Part shown: positions 1 through 11,449 of the stretch, piece by piece
Position numbering within the stretch: position 1 is the stretch's first letter
How the letters are laid out: each line of letters opens with the position of its first letter
Origin: Folioceros fuciformis
Taxonomy: Eukaryota
Direction of reading: 5' to 3'
Length of the DNA: 20,000 nt
Assembly (NCBI GenBank): GCA_049999805.1
Contig: JBNGIO010005394.1
Location: forward strand, 89,295 to 109,294
Program-made: the position numbers and the translations under genes
The notes under the pieces: model-generated
The model's database searches: none
The model's input: the letters and a program-made list of their open reading frames with translations, nothing else
What the model was told of the DNA's origin: nothing

Positions 1-3000
1 AAGAAGGCTCAAGAGGATTGCATTCTTGAAGAAGCAGAGACTATCATGGTCTGCTGCTGGGCTCTTATACTTTGCCGTTTATTTGCCTAGACTTTCGCGT
101 GAATGGTTCACTGTGGCTCATGATGTTTTAAAATATGAATGTAGGCTTCAAGATCACAAGTTGCCAAGCTGGATCGGAGAAAGCCGATTCATGAACCAGT
201 GAGAAGGACATCTCACTGGGATTATGTGTTACAGGAGATGACATGGATGGCAAATGATTTTATGCAGGTTTGGACCCCATCCTTCATTGAAGTTGTGTGA
301 GGTGCTAGCTGCTTCTTGGCCTCACATTGCACCCTGCCTTCATTCGATGCAGGAGCGGTCATGGAAGACTGCATCAGCTGCTCAGCTGGCTAAATGTGCT
401 GCCATGGCACATCCAGGATTCACTGCGGCTGAGAAAGATCTGATTAAAATGCAGCGGCTTGTAGCTCACACATTGTCAGATGCGGTGGTTAGGTTCTGGC
501 AAACAGTCAGTGACTGCCTCAAGAAAAGCAATTATGATATCAAAGCAGGGGAAACAGGCAACCTCAGTGACGGATCTGTTCCCATGGAAGTGGACATGCC
601 TGTTGAGGAAGAGGTATGTCCTTTCTTGCAAGGTATGGTGGGGCTGTGCTTATTTCAACTGATGGACCTCAACTGTTGAGTTTCTCTCAGAGGTCCATTT
701 TTCATAGTACTGAAAGGTGGTTTTGTGCTTATCAACCTGTAAAGGAGCTTGGTGGTCGAAGAGACGTTCTTATTAGAAAATACTGCATTCGACGGTTGGA
801 AGATTCCACAGCTACACAAGCTGAAGCCCCCTCTACCCCTGAGTGTACATTAGAAGTGAGTCTTTCCGGTTCATTCTGGAAATATTTGTCTCAGTGATGT
901 GCCATATTCTGTATTCTCTTCCTTCCCCTCATGTGTATACTAGCTAGCATGAAGGACTTCCTTGATTAGAGCCTCTGGGTGTTAATTTCCGTAGTGGCGA
1001 TATTGTCATAACTTACAAGTGGAACCGTGTCATTAACAGCAGCCACTCACTTACACACGATCAGAAGGTGCTTTTGAGATGTATCAAGCATCTGTAGCTA
1101 TGCTTTGGGCACCGGTTGAAGCTGTAAGTTTGCCTTCTGAAATTTCATGTCTTTTGGTGACTGATGTGGGCATACTGATGCAGACTTTTGCTAATTCTTT
1201 CATTGACTCTTAGCAGGATCATGAACAAGTAAGGCATGAGTTGCATGCCATTGCAGAGGCTGGTGTAGACGCGCAAGCAGTTGGTGAGGACTTTGCAACC
1301 TCAGATCTGACACCGGAAGCAGGTGGCCTGATGCACGTGTCATCTCCAAGAAGAGCTTCCAGTGATGAAGAAGTTCATTCTCATAGTATGCCAGGTGATC
1401 TGGTTGGTTTAGGTGCTGCCAGTATAATCGCAAAGAAAAAGAGGAAGAAGATACAGAAATCTATGCCAACAAAGGTCTCAGAAAGCATATCAGGGGCCTC
1501 TCTTGAACAAACAAGCGGAAAAGCTGCACACAGTGACTACAGCTTTGGATCTTCTGTTGCAACCGGGAAGCGATTGTCACCAGGAGGTGCGCCTTCCAGT
1601 ACAGTCAGTGTAGGAACAATCCCAATAAAGCGACTACGAACTTCTGCAGTAGCTGCTCGACAACGAGCTGCTGGAATTAGTGGCACAGGGTTTTCTGTTG
1701 GCTCAGGTGGTTTACTATCTAGAGCTCGTTTGGCAACTGGATCAAATCATGCACTGCACCAGCAAGGCCTGCTGGCAGCTCCACCTACTGTTCAAGGAAA
1801 CACGCCAATCAGTACTGGAACTGGTCAGAAGGTGGTTCAGAGTGCTAGGAACAATCTTTTTCTTTCCAAATCCAAGAAGAGGAAAAAAGCGAAACACTTA
1901 AGTGGAGCAATCTGCAAGGGAGCTGGAGATGGGGGAGCTGTTGGAAATGTGAACTCGTCTGTGAAGGTAATTAGAAGTCCCTGTCAGGTGCTTGTCCTAT
2001 GCCATTTATCTGATAGCAGGCGAACGTCTTTGCTTTTTAATTTTAGTTTTATGACAAATCTGTGAAGAACAACTACACTTTGCAGAGGGAGCATTTGAAG
2101 CGCAAGGGAGACCACGCACTGTCCCTCAGTCCAAGTGTTCGGTCTTCTGAACCAAGCATCGAAGGTTTTGGTATGGCAAACGGCTTGATGGATTCCATTA
2201 CATGTACTTAGGTGTTTGCAGCCGTGGTAGACAAATGCATCAAAGGGTTGTGCATGTCTTGATGGATATCGTCATGCACAGCACAGGTAATGCATAACGA
2301 GGGTCTGCAGCCTAATGGTTGCTGTTCCCATTGTGAAAACAGATTTGAGATTCACATTTTGTTTATGTGTGCCAGATACACCTAGTACACCAGGAGGTGT
2401 CAACAAGAAGCTGAAAATTGTGAAGCAAACCCCTGATAGCTCTACTGTATCGGCATCAGGTGGTTTCACAGCTCCACAAGCCGCTCCACAGCTGTCTACT
2501 GCTTCGTGCAAGCTTGTAAGACAGAGCTGCAGCCGTGACCGTAGTAACAGAAAGGCCAAACCAGGGAAGGTGAGCTCTTTTAGAAGCTGAAGAAAGTTAG
2601 ACTGCAGCTTGGATTTAAAGTGATCACTGTCCTTGTTGTCGTTCTGGCAGGTTACTTCGAGTCAACCTGGTTCAGGAATTCCGTGGTCTGTGGGAGAGGA
2701 TCAGGTTCTGTGACTTCCCACAAAAAAGTTTGGTTGTATGAGGACAGTCGACCAGGTAGTTGATAAGCAGAAGCTGATTCCCCTGTTTCACGTAACAGAC
2801 AATACTTCATGTGGTGCAAAGCCTTGGCACCAACTGGGAGCTAGTTAGCGACGTTCTTCAGTTCAACTCACAACTCAAGGTAGAGTCCAATTGGAGGGTC
2901 TTACTTTCTGTCAGAACTTTTTGTCATGCGTGAAGTGTACATGAGATGTGTGTTGTGGGACAGGAAGTATTACTTATGGTGTTGCTATGTTGCTACGCAG

Positions 3001-6000
3001 GGCATCTTTCGCAAGCCAAAGCATTGCAGAGAGCGGCACAAATGTTTGGTAGAACATGCATCAGGGGAAGGTGGAGAAAGTCCTGAGGACTTGAGCGTCC
3101 AGCAGCAACTTTCAGCAGGACAAGGAGCATCGAAGGTATCGTCCTCTAGGATTTGCCAGTGCCTTTTTTTGACAAGGCAACAGGCAATTTGTCGTTATTT
3201 TGGTACAGGTGTACACGATGGTCCCATTGGTGTGTTACAAGGAACCTGGACCAGACTGTGAGCAAGGAGCCTAAAGTGATTCTGGCTGTTTGCCTCACAG
3301 GGGCTTTTGGAAGATATTGGAAAACCACATTTCGAGCAAATTGTGCACCTAGTGGAGAAACACCGGTTGTACAAGGCTCAGGTACTTGACTTTGGAAACC
3401 TGGAATCAATTAAAACATATGGCAAACTGTGGTCATTCACGTTCAGAGTATGTGATGGTTATTCTGCCCTAATAGTTTTGAGCTCTATGTTTGGGCCACT
3501 GTTGCAGAATGCTACTCAAGGGCAAAAGCAATTTGTTCAAATTCATCCCTCCCACGCGAGTATTATGGCCCAATACTGTGGAATCACAGGAATCCCTTCC
3601 ACGTAAGGAGTGAAACTTGGTAGAGATTGTGCGGGTTTAGGGTTACTGAGTGAGTAGGTTGTTGGGTAATCTTCACTACCTGCAACCTGTGTCTCACTGC
3701 AGTCTCTGCCAACTTTCCATTGCAGTCCTTTGGAGTTGTGTGATGATGGAGATATGACGGCTCAGCAATTCCAAATGCAGCCACAACACGGTATTACACT
3801 AGGGCTGCCCAACGTGGTGTCAGGAGGCGTCAGCTCAAGGCCTGGATCCGCGGGTATGCCTGGGTTGCCAGGTCTGCAGCTGAGCCCCCCAGTGACTCCC
3901 TCTTCAGTGACCATCCATTCTTCAGTCGCAAGGTACGTACTTGCCCACCCTTCTGCAGTGGACAGGTCCTGTCTATCCTTTAGAAAACGTGTTTCAATTG
4001 CTGCAAACCCTAACAGCTTGGTGAAGTGACTCGTGATGTTGACAGAGATGGTCAGAGACATGCCCCATTGAGGCCGATTGTGCAAGATGAGTCAAATCAA
4101 ATGCGTTACACCCGAGCGCCATTGCATCGTGGCCTTCCTCAGCCAGGGCCATCAGTTGCTACTGGCTTGGCTATGATTGGACAAAGTGATTGCATAGCTC
4201 CAGGTTTACCTGCCAGTGGTGCCTCTGGTATGATAAGTGGACTTAAGAGGGGGATGTCCTTACCGCGGCCAGGGCTTCCCAATCTTGGCCCTGGCTTAAA
4301 TTCATCAGGCCTTGGTGGTATGCTTCCTCCTGGTGGCGTGGGCATGAGCACGGGCATGAGTCCTGGAGCTGTTTCTGGTCAAATGAGTCTTGCAAGGAGG
4401 CCTAGAGATTCAGCACAACCGCGGGTAAGACTTTCTGTGGTGTGGCTCAGCTGTAGAGCAGTAGTTGATGGAAATTCTGCTAAGATTGTCTTGTGGTTGT
4501 TTTCATTTTCATTGACTTAAAGGTTTTCTTTTTGAGATGACAGTCCAGCCGATCAAGTGAGGAACAAAGGCAGATTTTGTTACAAGAGCTTCAGCATCAC
4601 GCTGTGCAGGGTAACCCTCAGGCAGCAGCAGCATTGAGCAACTTCAACAACTCTTTGTCCACTGCATTGATGTCTCCACCCCCGCAAAATTTTGCGCAGC
4701 AGCAACAGCTACCATCACCCCATGCACCAGGTATGCAGCATCAGCAACAACAGAGTCAGCTTCCGCACTCGCAGCAGCAGACCCCCTACTTTGTCCAGGC
4801 AGCTCAAGAGAGGCAACTGCAGCAGCAACAAAGGATGCTACATCAGCAGCAGATCAGGCAGAACAGTAGCATTCAGTTACCGCAGTCATCGTCATCAGTT
4901 GCCCAGCATCAGCATCTACAGGGTCACATGCATCCTCAGCAGTCTCATATCTTGACACTGCAGCAACAGGTTGGCTCCCAGCAGATGTCAATTCCACAGC
5001 AGCAGCTGTTTCCCCCTTCCTCCATGTCAACCTCTTCGCTGCAGCATCCATCACCCCCTCATCTGTCCCTACCCTCTCAGGTTGCAGCATCACCCGCTTC
5101 GCATAGTGGTCAACAGCAGGTGCAGCAGGCGGCTTCTGCTGATCAGATGTCACATCTTCTTCTAGGCAAGGTACAATCTCCGAAGCAGGCACAGAAGAGT
5201 CAGCAAGCGCTCTTGCAAGCCCAATCAAGAGCAGTGAAAAGTTCGAGTCGTGGTGCCTCTATGGTACAAGGGCTCACAACTTCACAAGCTGCTTCCCCAA
5301 GCGGGCTCTCAGGGCACGTGACAATGCCTGCTCAAGTTCCTTCTCAGCAATTGCCCCAAATACAGGGACAAAGGTCACTCCAGGTTCAGACTCCAATACA
5401 GCTTGGCAAGCAGGCCTCACAACAGGCTCCAGTGGGTCAATCAACAGGGAAATCACCGTTACAAGGCCAAAGTCAAGGTCTATGTCAACGTCAGGTTCCT
5501 GCCCAGGTTGTGACGCCTGCAGCTCTGCAGAAGCAGCAACAGCAGCCGCCCACCCAGCATCAGGTGTCAGCCACAACTACTAACAAGCAGCAAGGAGCAG
5601 GGAAGGTACAAGCAGCAGTGGGACCACTTGCATCAGTGGCACCACCAGTAAAGCGAGCTGCGGGACAGCCAGCACAACCATCACCTTCATCAACCCCAGC
5701 AGCAACAGCGGGGCCTTCCCCCCAAATGCTGCCTCCACCACAACCATCTCCTGCACTTGGCACTCAGCCCCAGTCCAATGCAGCTTTGGTGCAGACAACT
5801 GGTCCGCCCCAGTCTCAACAAGCGCAGCTGCAGAATGCTCAGCGGAGGCTACCCCAACATCAGCAGGCTACGTACCGCAGGCTGCCTCTTCGACAACCTG
5901 CCACCTCGGTGGTTCAGCCTCCCCCTGGCCCACTGCCCTCCCAACCGATGCATGCACCTGGCGTCATGAATCCTTGCGTGCCCTTGTCTTCATCTTTCGG

Positions 6001-6762
6001 TTCAAGTGGTCCTGGAATGCAAAGTGTGCAGTGGAAGCCTAATCAGCCGCTGTCTCCGGTGTCAAGCAGCTTGTACCAGTCGAAAAGATGTAGCAGTAGT
6101 GGCACAGCAACCAACACGTCACCCGTGCAGTCGGCAAATGCAAATTTGGGGGCGTCATTATCGAGTCCGACCCTGCTAAGCCATGGATCCGGGACAGGTG
6201 GTGTAGCATCACAGCAGCTTTCATCAGGACAGGGAGGAGCAGGTCATGGACCGAGCCTTGTTGTAGCTGGTGCAGGAAATGCTAGAGGTGGACAGCCAGT
6301 AGGTCAGCGAGCAGAATCAGTCTCAGTTGATGCGCATGGTGGAACGTTGGCTGTGAAAAGTCTGGGTTCTGGGTCAGTCAGGTCGACATACTCACCAGCT
6401 CCGGCAGTTCCTGGTGCTCCACTGGTGCCCACAGTGGGTGGAGGAGCTTCTTCTGGAGCTTCAACATTTCAAGGGAATCCTTCTTCAGGGTCAGCTCCGA
6501 CATCATCTTCGATGCGATATGGAGTGCAGGTAAATGTCAAAGTGTAGTATGTTTTGCCTGTCTTGTTTGTTCGTGGGGGCAATGGGAGAGAGAAAGGTGA
6601 AAGGCCACTAGTGGTTTTGTACAGGAACGTGTACGTCTTTGGAATGATAAGAGCAGGTGAAAGCTGTAAGACTGATCAAATCAATTTCTACACAGACCCG
6701 AACACCTCTCTCACATTTTCCTACAACAGGTGGAGTCCTGCAGAAGCCCGGGGTCTCAATGA
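1..6762 (+). CDS. EAF1: Chromatin modification-related protein EAF1 (NuA4 histone acetyltransferase scaffold), 5'-truncated by the window, multi-exon
   Basis: GT-AG exon chain with consistent phases: <1-48, 145-267, 353-613, 691(or 745)-855, 1040-1123, 1217-1966, 2086-2170, 2376-2569, 2651-2704, 2799-2879, 3001-3135, (possible micro-exon 3209-3229), 3301-3381, 3508-3602, 3726-3932, 4046-4424, 4544-6529, 6730-6762 (last exon uncertain). The spliced protein has recognisable plant EAF1 motifs: [106 protein letters not shown], followed by a Q-rich tail. Confidence 0.92.
145..510 (+). other. HSA (helicase-SANT-associated) domain region of EAF1
   Basis: Exons 145-267 and 353 onward give [39 protein letters not shown]...VAHTLSDAVVRFW, matching the HSA consensus HWDxxLxEMxWxAxDFxxERxWK. 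Confidence 0.85.
2651..3060 (+). other. SANT/Myb-like domain of EAF1, split over three small exons
   Basis: [51 protein letters not shown] has the SANT spacing W-x-x-x-ED...NW..V...R....C..R. Confidence 0.85.
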
Positions 6763-8160
6763 CATCAGCAGCTCTTAATACGGCCTGTATGTCCGCAGCA
6801 GGTGCAGTTGGGCCCCCAACTATGGGATCTCAAGACCCTGCTGTGGATCAGTGAGTGTAAGGCAGCGCTGCGCCGGGACTTGTTGCAGCTTTCATCCCCT
6901 ATGAAATGAGGAGGTGGTGATGCAGATCAATGGTTATGGTGATAATTGGATTGGAAGGGAACATTCCCTGATTCGTCAGTAGTACAAGATGCTGCGTTTG
7001 TTCTGCGACATGAGGGTTAAGCAAATGAGTTGCCATGTAGTGGTCAATAGTGATTTTGCTGTTTTCTTGGTGAGGTGGTAGCCACCCTTGACAATGAGCG
7101 GCTTTTGCATGACCTTGTATTTTTAGGGGCCCTCACCTCCTTGCCAGGACGACGATGCCCAACCCCCTTTAGGAACTAATACATCCAGTAGAAGTGGGAT
7201 TCACCTTGTCTATTACATGTAGTAGCAGTAACACGGCTGGCTGGAAAGTTTTGGTCACAGCCAAGAAAAATGGACCGAAGTGATGTCCCTGATCAATAGA
7301 TGGAAATTTTCATTCACGTCGACCAAGGATTGCTGAGTTGAAGGGGGCTCAATATTCCATGTTGAGAGTATTGTACATCAGGTATTGTAATGTGTGGGAC
7401 AAATGTGACTGATTGTTTGAAGTAAGCAAGAGTTACTTACATGTGGCCCTTTTATCCGCAGCTATGTAGATGAAGATGCGATTGAGTATTGTAGGATCGA
7501 GAGTACATGATGATATTTGAGTCAAACCAGCCCAAGAATTGGTCTGCCCTTTCTCGACTTTCTGGGTGAGGTGCTTGTGTTTGGGCATGTGTATCTGTTT
7601 GTGTTTGGTGTAGTGGGTACGAGCGTGTACTTTTCGGAAACTCGATGATGTGTTAGAGTCGGGGCTCTTCTCGTGTGGCATAGCTATGGCATGTGCCTTC
7701 CTTCCTTCCGTGTCATTCTTTCTGCCGGTTTCGGTTCCGGTTCCGGTCCCTGTCCGATACACATCATAGCGCAAACCGGGACGGGTGATCCCCGGGATTT
7801 GCTTATTACACCGATCTCGGTCAATGACAAAAACAATTTGGGGGTTAGTCGCTTCGGTCCCTTTCATGTCTCGGACTTGGCGACACTCCATTTTTTGTGG
7901 TCGATTTATACTTATTTTAATATTTATCAATGACACTTTCGAATTATGTAGAGATGAGAATACTGTAGTTCCGTACAGACCGTGGCTAAGGACCTTATGA
8001 AAACCTCGAGCCAAGGGAGAGTAGTGTGTGTTATACGGCCACCTACGGCCATAATCCTAGCCCCTTGTTTTGGGGTGCCCTTAGGGCCATTTCGCATGAG
8101 TCTCAACCCGGTCCCGGCTAATTTGCCCGGGTCCGGGTTCCGGTGTTCACATGTATTCTC

Positions 8161-8216
8161 TAAACGCATGTTGTTCTCGTAGTAGGTCTAAATGCATGTT
8201 GTTGTCGTAGTCGGTC
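8161..8216 (+). repeat. 28-bp tandem duplication in the left subterminal region of the PIF element
   Basis: taaacgcatgttgttctcgtagtaggtc followed by taaatgcatgttgttgtcgtagtcggtc (3 mismatches). Confidence 0.85.
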
Positions 8217-8290
8217 AACTGGAATAGCAGGTTTTTAAGATGTGAGGCATCTTTCTTTTCGTGTTTATGAAGGTGTGAGAGCACCGAGTT

Positions 8291-9700
8291 ATGGATGCAT
8301 CTTTGATGAAGACAATGATGCCATTCTTGGTCCCTGTTATAGCCGTGCTCGTTACTATGCTTGGCGATCCAAAGTGCCTTCCAGATTGGGTGATACTAAA
8401 TCCTAAACCATCCGATTTGATAACCCTACAATCGAAGGTCACGAATTTAGAGCTTTAGGAAGCAATCCTTGGACTGAATGGCTGCATAGTGCTTCTTGCC
8501 TCCTTCAATAGAATCCCTCTAGGTGTGTCCTATGGATTGCAGTACGGTGCCTACTACATCAAGCCTCATGTCAAGGATATTTTGCTTTTTGTATAAAGGT
8601 GTTGTTGCTATTACAGATGAAGCTAGATTCAAGCACTTTTTCCGATTTAAGCCAAGCCCATTCACCTACATATGTGGATTGGTAAGTCCTGAGATGCTCA
8701 CTGAATGTGTTGATGGCTTCAGCAACATACTAGATAGAGTCCTAGATATTGATAAACAAGTTCTTGTGCCTTTACAGAGATTGGCAAGTGGAGATAATTA
8801 CTTCAGTGTGGGTGAATTGTTTGGTCTTGGCACTAGCATTGTTCACTATGTTTGCACAAGATTTGTAAGAGCCCTTCTCATCTGTGGTGAAGTCCACTTG
8901 GCATGGCCTAGTGACCAAGGTTTGGCTTTGGTCAAAAAAGGGTTTCTCAATATGCATGGAATTCCTAATTGTTGTGGAGCTATCGATGCTACTCACTTCA
9001 AGGTGGAACTTGGAGCTCAGGAATTTGCCAAAGATTGGTATGAAAGGTACGGCAAGTACATTATGGCTATGCAAGCCATTGTAAGGCCTGACAGGCGGTT
9101 TTTGGACATCGTAATTGGTTGGCCAAGTAGTGCGAATGATGCTCGAATTTTCAAAAACTCTAGTTTTTACCAGGCTGTGTTTTCTGGTGCAAGATTGCAT
9201 GGTCTTATAGTTCTTTTGCCAGGTGGGTTTGTACTTGAATTTCTTTTAGGAGATGCCATCTACCTTCTTTTAGGAGATACCAGCTACCCTGATAAGCCCT
9301 AGTTGATCACACCAGTACCAGGACGTGGATTGGATACAAAGTGTGATTTATTCAATTACAAGCAGTCCTCAAGTAGGATGGTCGTAGAATGTGCCTTTGG
9401 AGACGTAAAATATGTTTGGAAAATTCTAGGACGCAAGACATGGAGAATGAAGGTTGAAAATTTTGCCAAGATTACATATGTTTGTTGTATTTTACACAAC
9501 ATTGCTATAAACTGAGGTGACCGTGTGGATTCAAGACTATATGAGGAATACTCACACTCTTGGAATGAAGACACTGTGCAAGCACATGGTTTGGTTGTAG
9601 ACAATGTTGCATAATAACACATAATACGATCAGTCTTAAATTGAACATGTGTGGAATGCTACTCCACATCATGAGAGGGGTAGACGTCACAGCTACTAGA
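8291..9700 (+). pseudogene. PIF/Harbinger (HARBI1-like, DDE_Tnp_4-type) transposase pseudogene
   Basis: Motifs FKHFFRF..FTYICGLV, LQRLASGD, GIPNCCGAIDATH (D1), MQAIV..DRRFLDIVIGWP..NDARIFKNS, LLGDxxYP (D2), FNYKQSSSRMVVECAFG (E), CCILHN. In-frame stops at 8456, 9300 (P*LITP, in place of the conserved W) and 9513, and a probable frameshift near 8580. Start and end are approximate. Confidence 0.9.
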
Positions 9701-9722
9701 ATTGTGGTCTAGTTAGTTAGTT

Positions 9723-11449
9723 CTATTTGTGTGTTGCTTTAACTATGGATTCTCCTAAGAATCTTAAGCTATCTTCTATACTGGCCATAGCATTATTGTA
9801 ACATGTGTTGCTACTGGTTCATACTTTTACAGATTCTTATTTCCAACTCTAATATCTCATTATGTCTCTTCATCTCGAACCGAATAGTCTCAGTGTGTCT
9901 CTCTTACATTGATTCCACCAACATCTCATTGTTTTGATGCAAAGTGGGGAGCAACCCTTGAACACTTTTGGAGACCTTTCTCCTCTTCTTAGAAAAGGCC
10001 TCTTTCATAGGAGAAGTACCTATATTGTTATTTTCCACATCATAACTTGTATCCATTGCGTCTGTTTCATTTTGTCCATCAGTTTCATCGAAACCAATAG
10101 TTCCATGCAAACTAGCATCGTCGAACAACGCAAATTCCTTCTAGTTTGTAGCACTCTCTAAATTGATGCTAGATGAATAAAAAACAAGCCTGACAAGAAG
10201 CTGCTAGGGAGGTCGGGACATGTGATATGTTCATTCTGCAGTCGAGAATGCTAGGACTCCTGAGACTACTTACACTACTATGCTCGAGCACAAGAAGGAA
10301 GGTAAGCCAAGTTCACATTCTTATCTTTCAGTTTGTCCCTTAGCACAATATGGATAATAGCTATTATTCCCTTTTATTTCATTAATTTGGGAACGTAGTT
10401 ATTACGAATAATAGACAGATTCAAGTAGCTAGAAAAAGGCTACAACCCAGCAATTGTGAGCATGCTGGAAAACCCTAGGAAGGCACTAACACCAGAAGGC
10501 AAGGGGCAAGGAAGTTAGTCTTTGAAGTTGCACTTGGAGAGCGCCATAGCTAGAGGAGAAAGGTCCTGTACTCGTGTGTCATGAATACAGAGTTGGTTTT
10601 CCGTGTGCTCCTCGGATTGGTGCGAAGGTGTGACTAATGAACTCCCAGCTAGCACGAGCGTACCCTGTGCTGGCCAAATTGCTTACATTGCAACTTTGGT
10701 GATTCCCTCTCATCACAAAGGAAAACACTTCGAGGAAGCCATAGGTGCTCCATTAGCTCTAACTTGCTCCCATGAGCATGACTCAATTTCTTTTTGATGG
10801 AGTTGTTCTTGAATTGCAAGACTGCCAGGACAAAGCATATTCAGGACTATCCTTTCCAGGACTCCCCGAATCTTGCCAACTTGCTACTTTTCATGACAAA
10901 CCCTTCTACATTGACAACACGACTCTCACCACACCAAGAATTGTATATGACCATTGTCATGATCATATGCAATTTGAAAGAAATTGGCAGGTAGACCATA
11001 ACTTGTCTAGTTTTGGAATCCATCGTCTAATATTTGTCTTTCCTATTGCAAATGGTCTTCTGGAAGTCACTGATTTTTTTTGTAATCTGTGAAGAGAGCC
11101 TCCCACTTGTTCTGGCATTGGGCAGCTATCCATGTGATGCCTTGATCGAGGTACTAGGCTGCAATAGTTAGCCATCGTTGGCCTCTCATCTTGCTTCACT
11201 CTTTGCTTCCTCTAGCTTGATATTTGTCCATGTCATTCCTTCTTGTAGCCTAAAATACTACCTATTCTTCCACTGTCCAGTGCCTCCGCAATTTCTTCGG
11301 AGACTGATGTGATAGGTCTTGTAAGAATGGTTAGCCTAAATTGGAGTGTGGCTGAGAAAATGGTACATCAGATGGACTGCCATGCTGTCCATTTCTTGAT
11401 GCAAAAGGAGATATATGAAATCCTCAGATGACACAAATGGGGAAGACAT
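9723..11449 (-). pseudogene. PIF/Harbinger ORF1: trihelix/GT-1-type Myb-SANT DNA-binding protein pseudogene
   Basis: Minus-strand reading of 11300-10985: PKKLRRHWTVEE*VVF*ATRRND...QRWLTIAA*YLDQGITWIAAQCQNKWEALFTDYKK(frameshift)ISDFQKT...KY*TMDSKTRQ..LP.SF. C-terminal acidic, NLS-like (KKRRK) and helical segment at 10128-9723. Multiple stops; boundaries and any intron are approximate. Confidence 0.8.

Noticed and set aside
1200..6224. Antisense and alternate-frame ORFs overlapping EAF1
   Set aside because: Expected shadows of GC-rich, low-complexity coding exons.
7433..8014. 193-aa minus-strand ORF as a gene
   Set aside because: No recognisable motif; the GTGTGTET segment comes from a CCGGTT microrepeat and the ORF lies in the probable EAF1 3' flank.
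8055..8080. Helitron 3' end (cccc...gggg hairpin next to CTAG)
   Set aside because: The stem is only 4 bp and directly abuts CTAG, so the geometry does not fit.
8772..9200. 142-aa minus-strand ORF
   Set aside because: Antisense shadow of the transposase.
8523..9515. Domesticated ALP1/HARBI1 host gene
   Set aside because: Premature stops, a paired Myb ORF, TIRs and a TSD all indicate a dead transposon copy.
10603..11092. Plus-strand ORFs inside the PIF element
   Set aside because: They are antisense to the decayed Myb/trihelix ORF1 and contain no motifs of their own.
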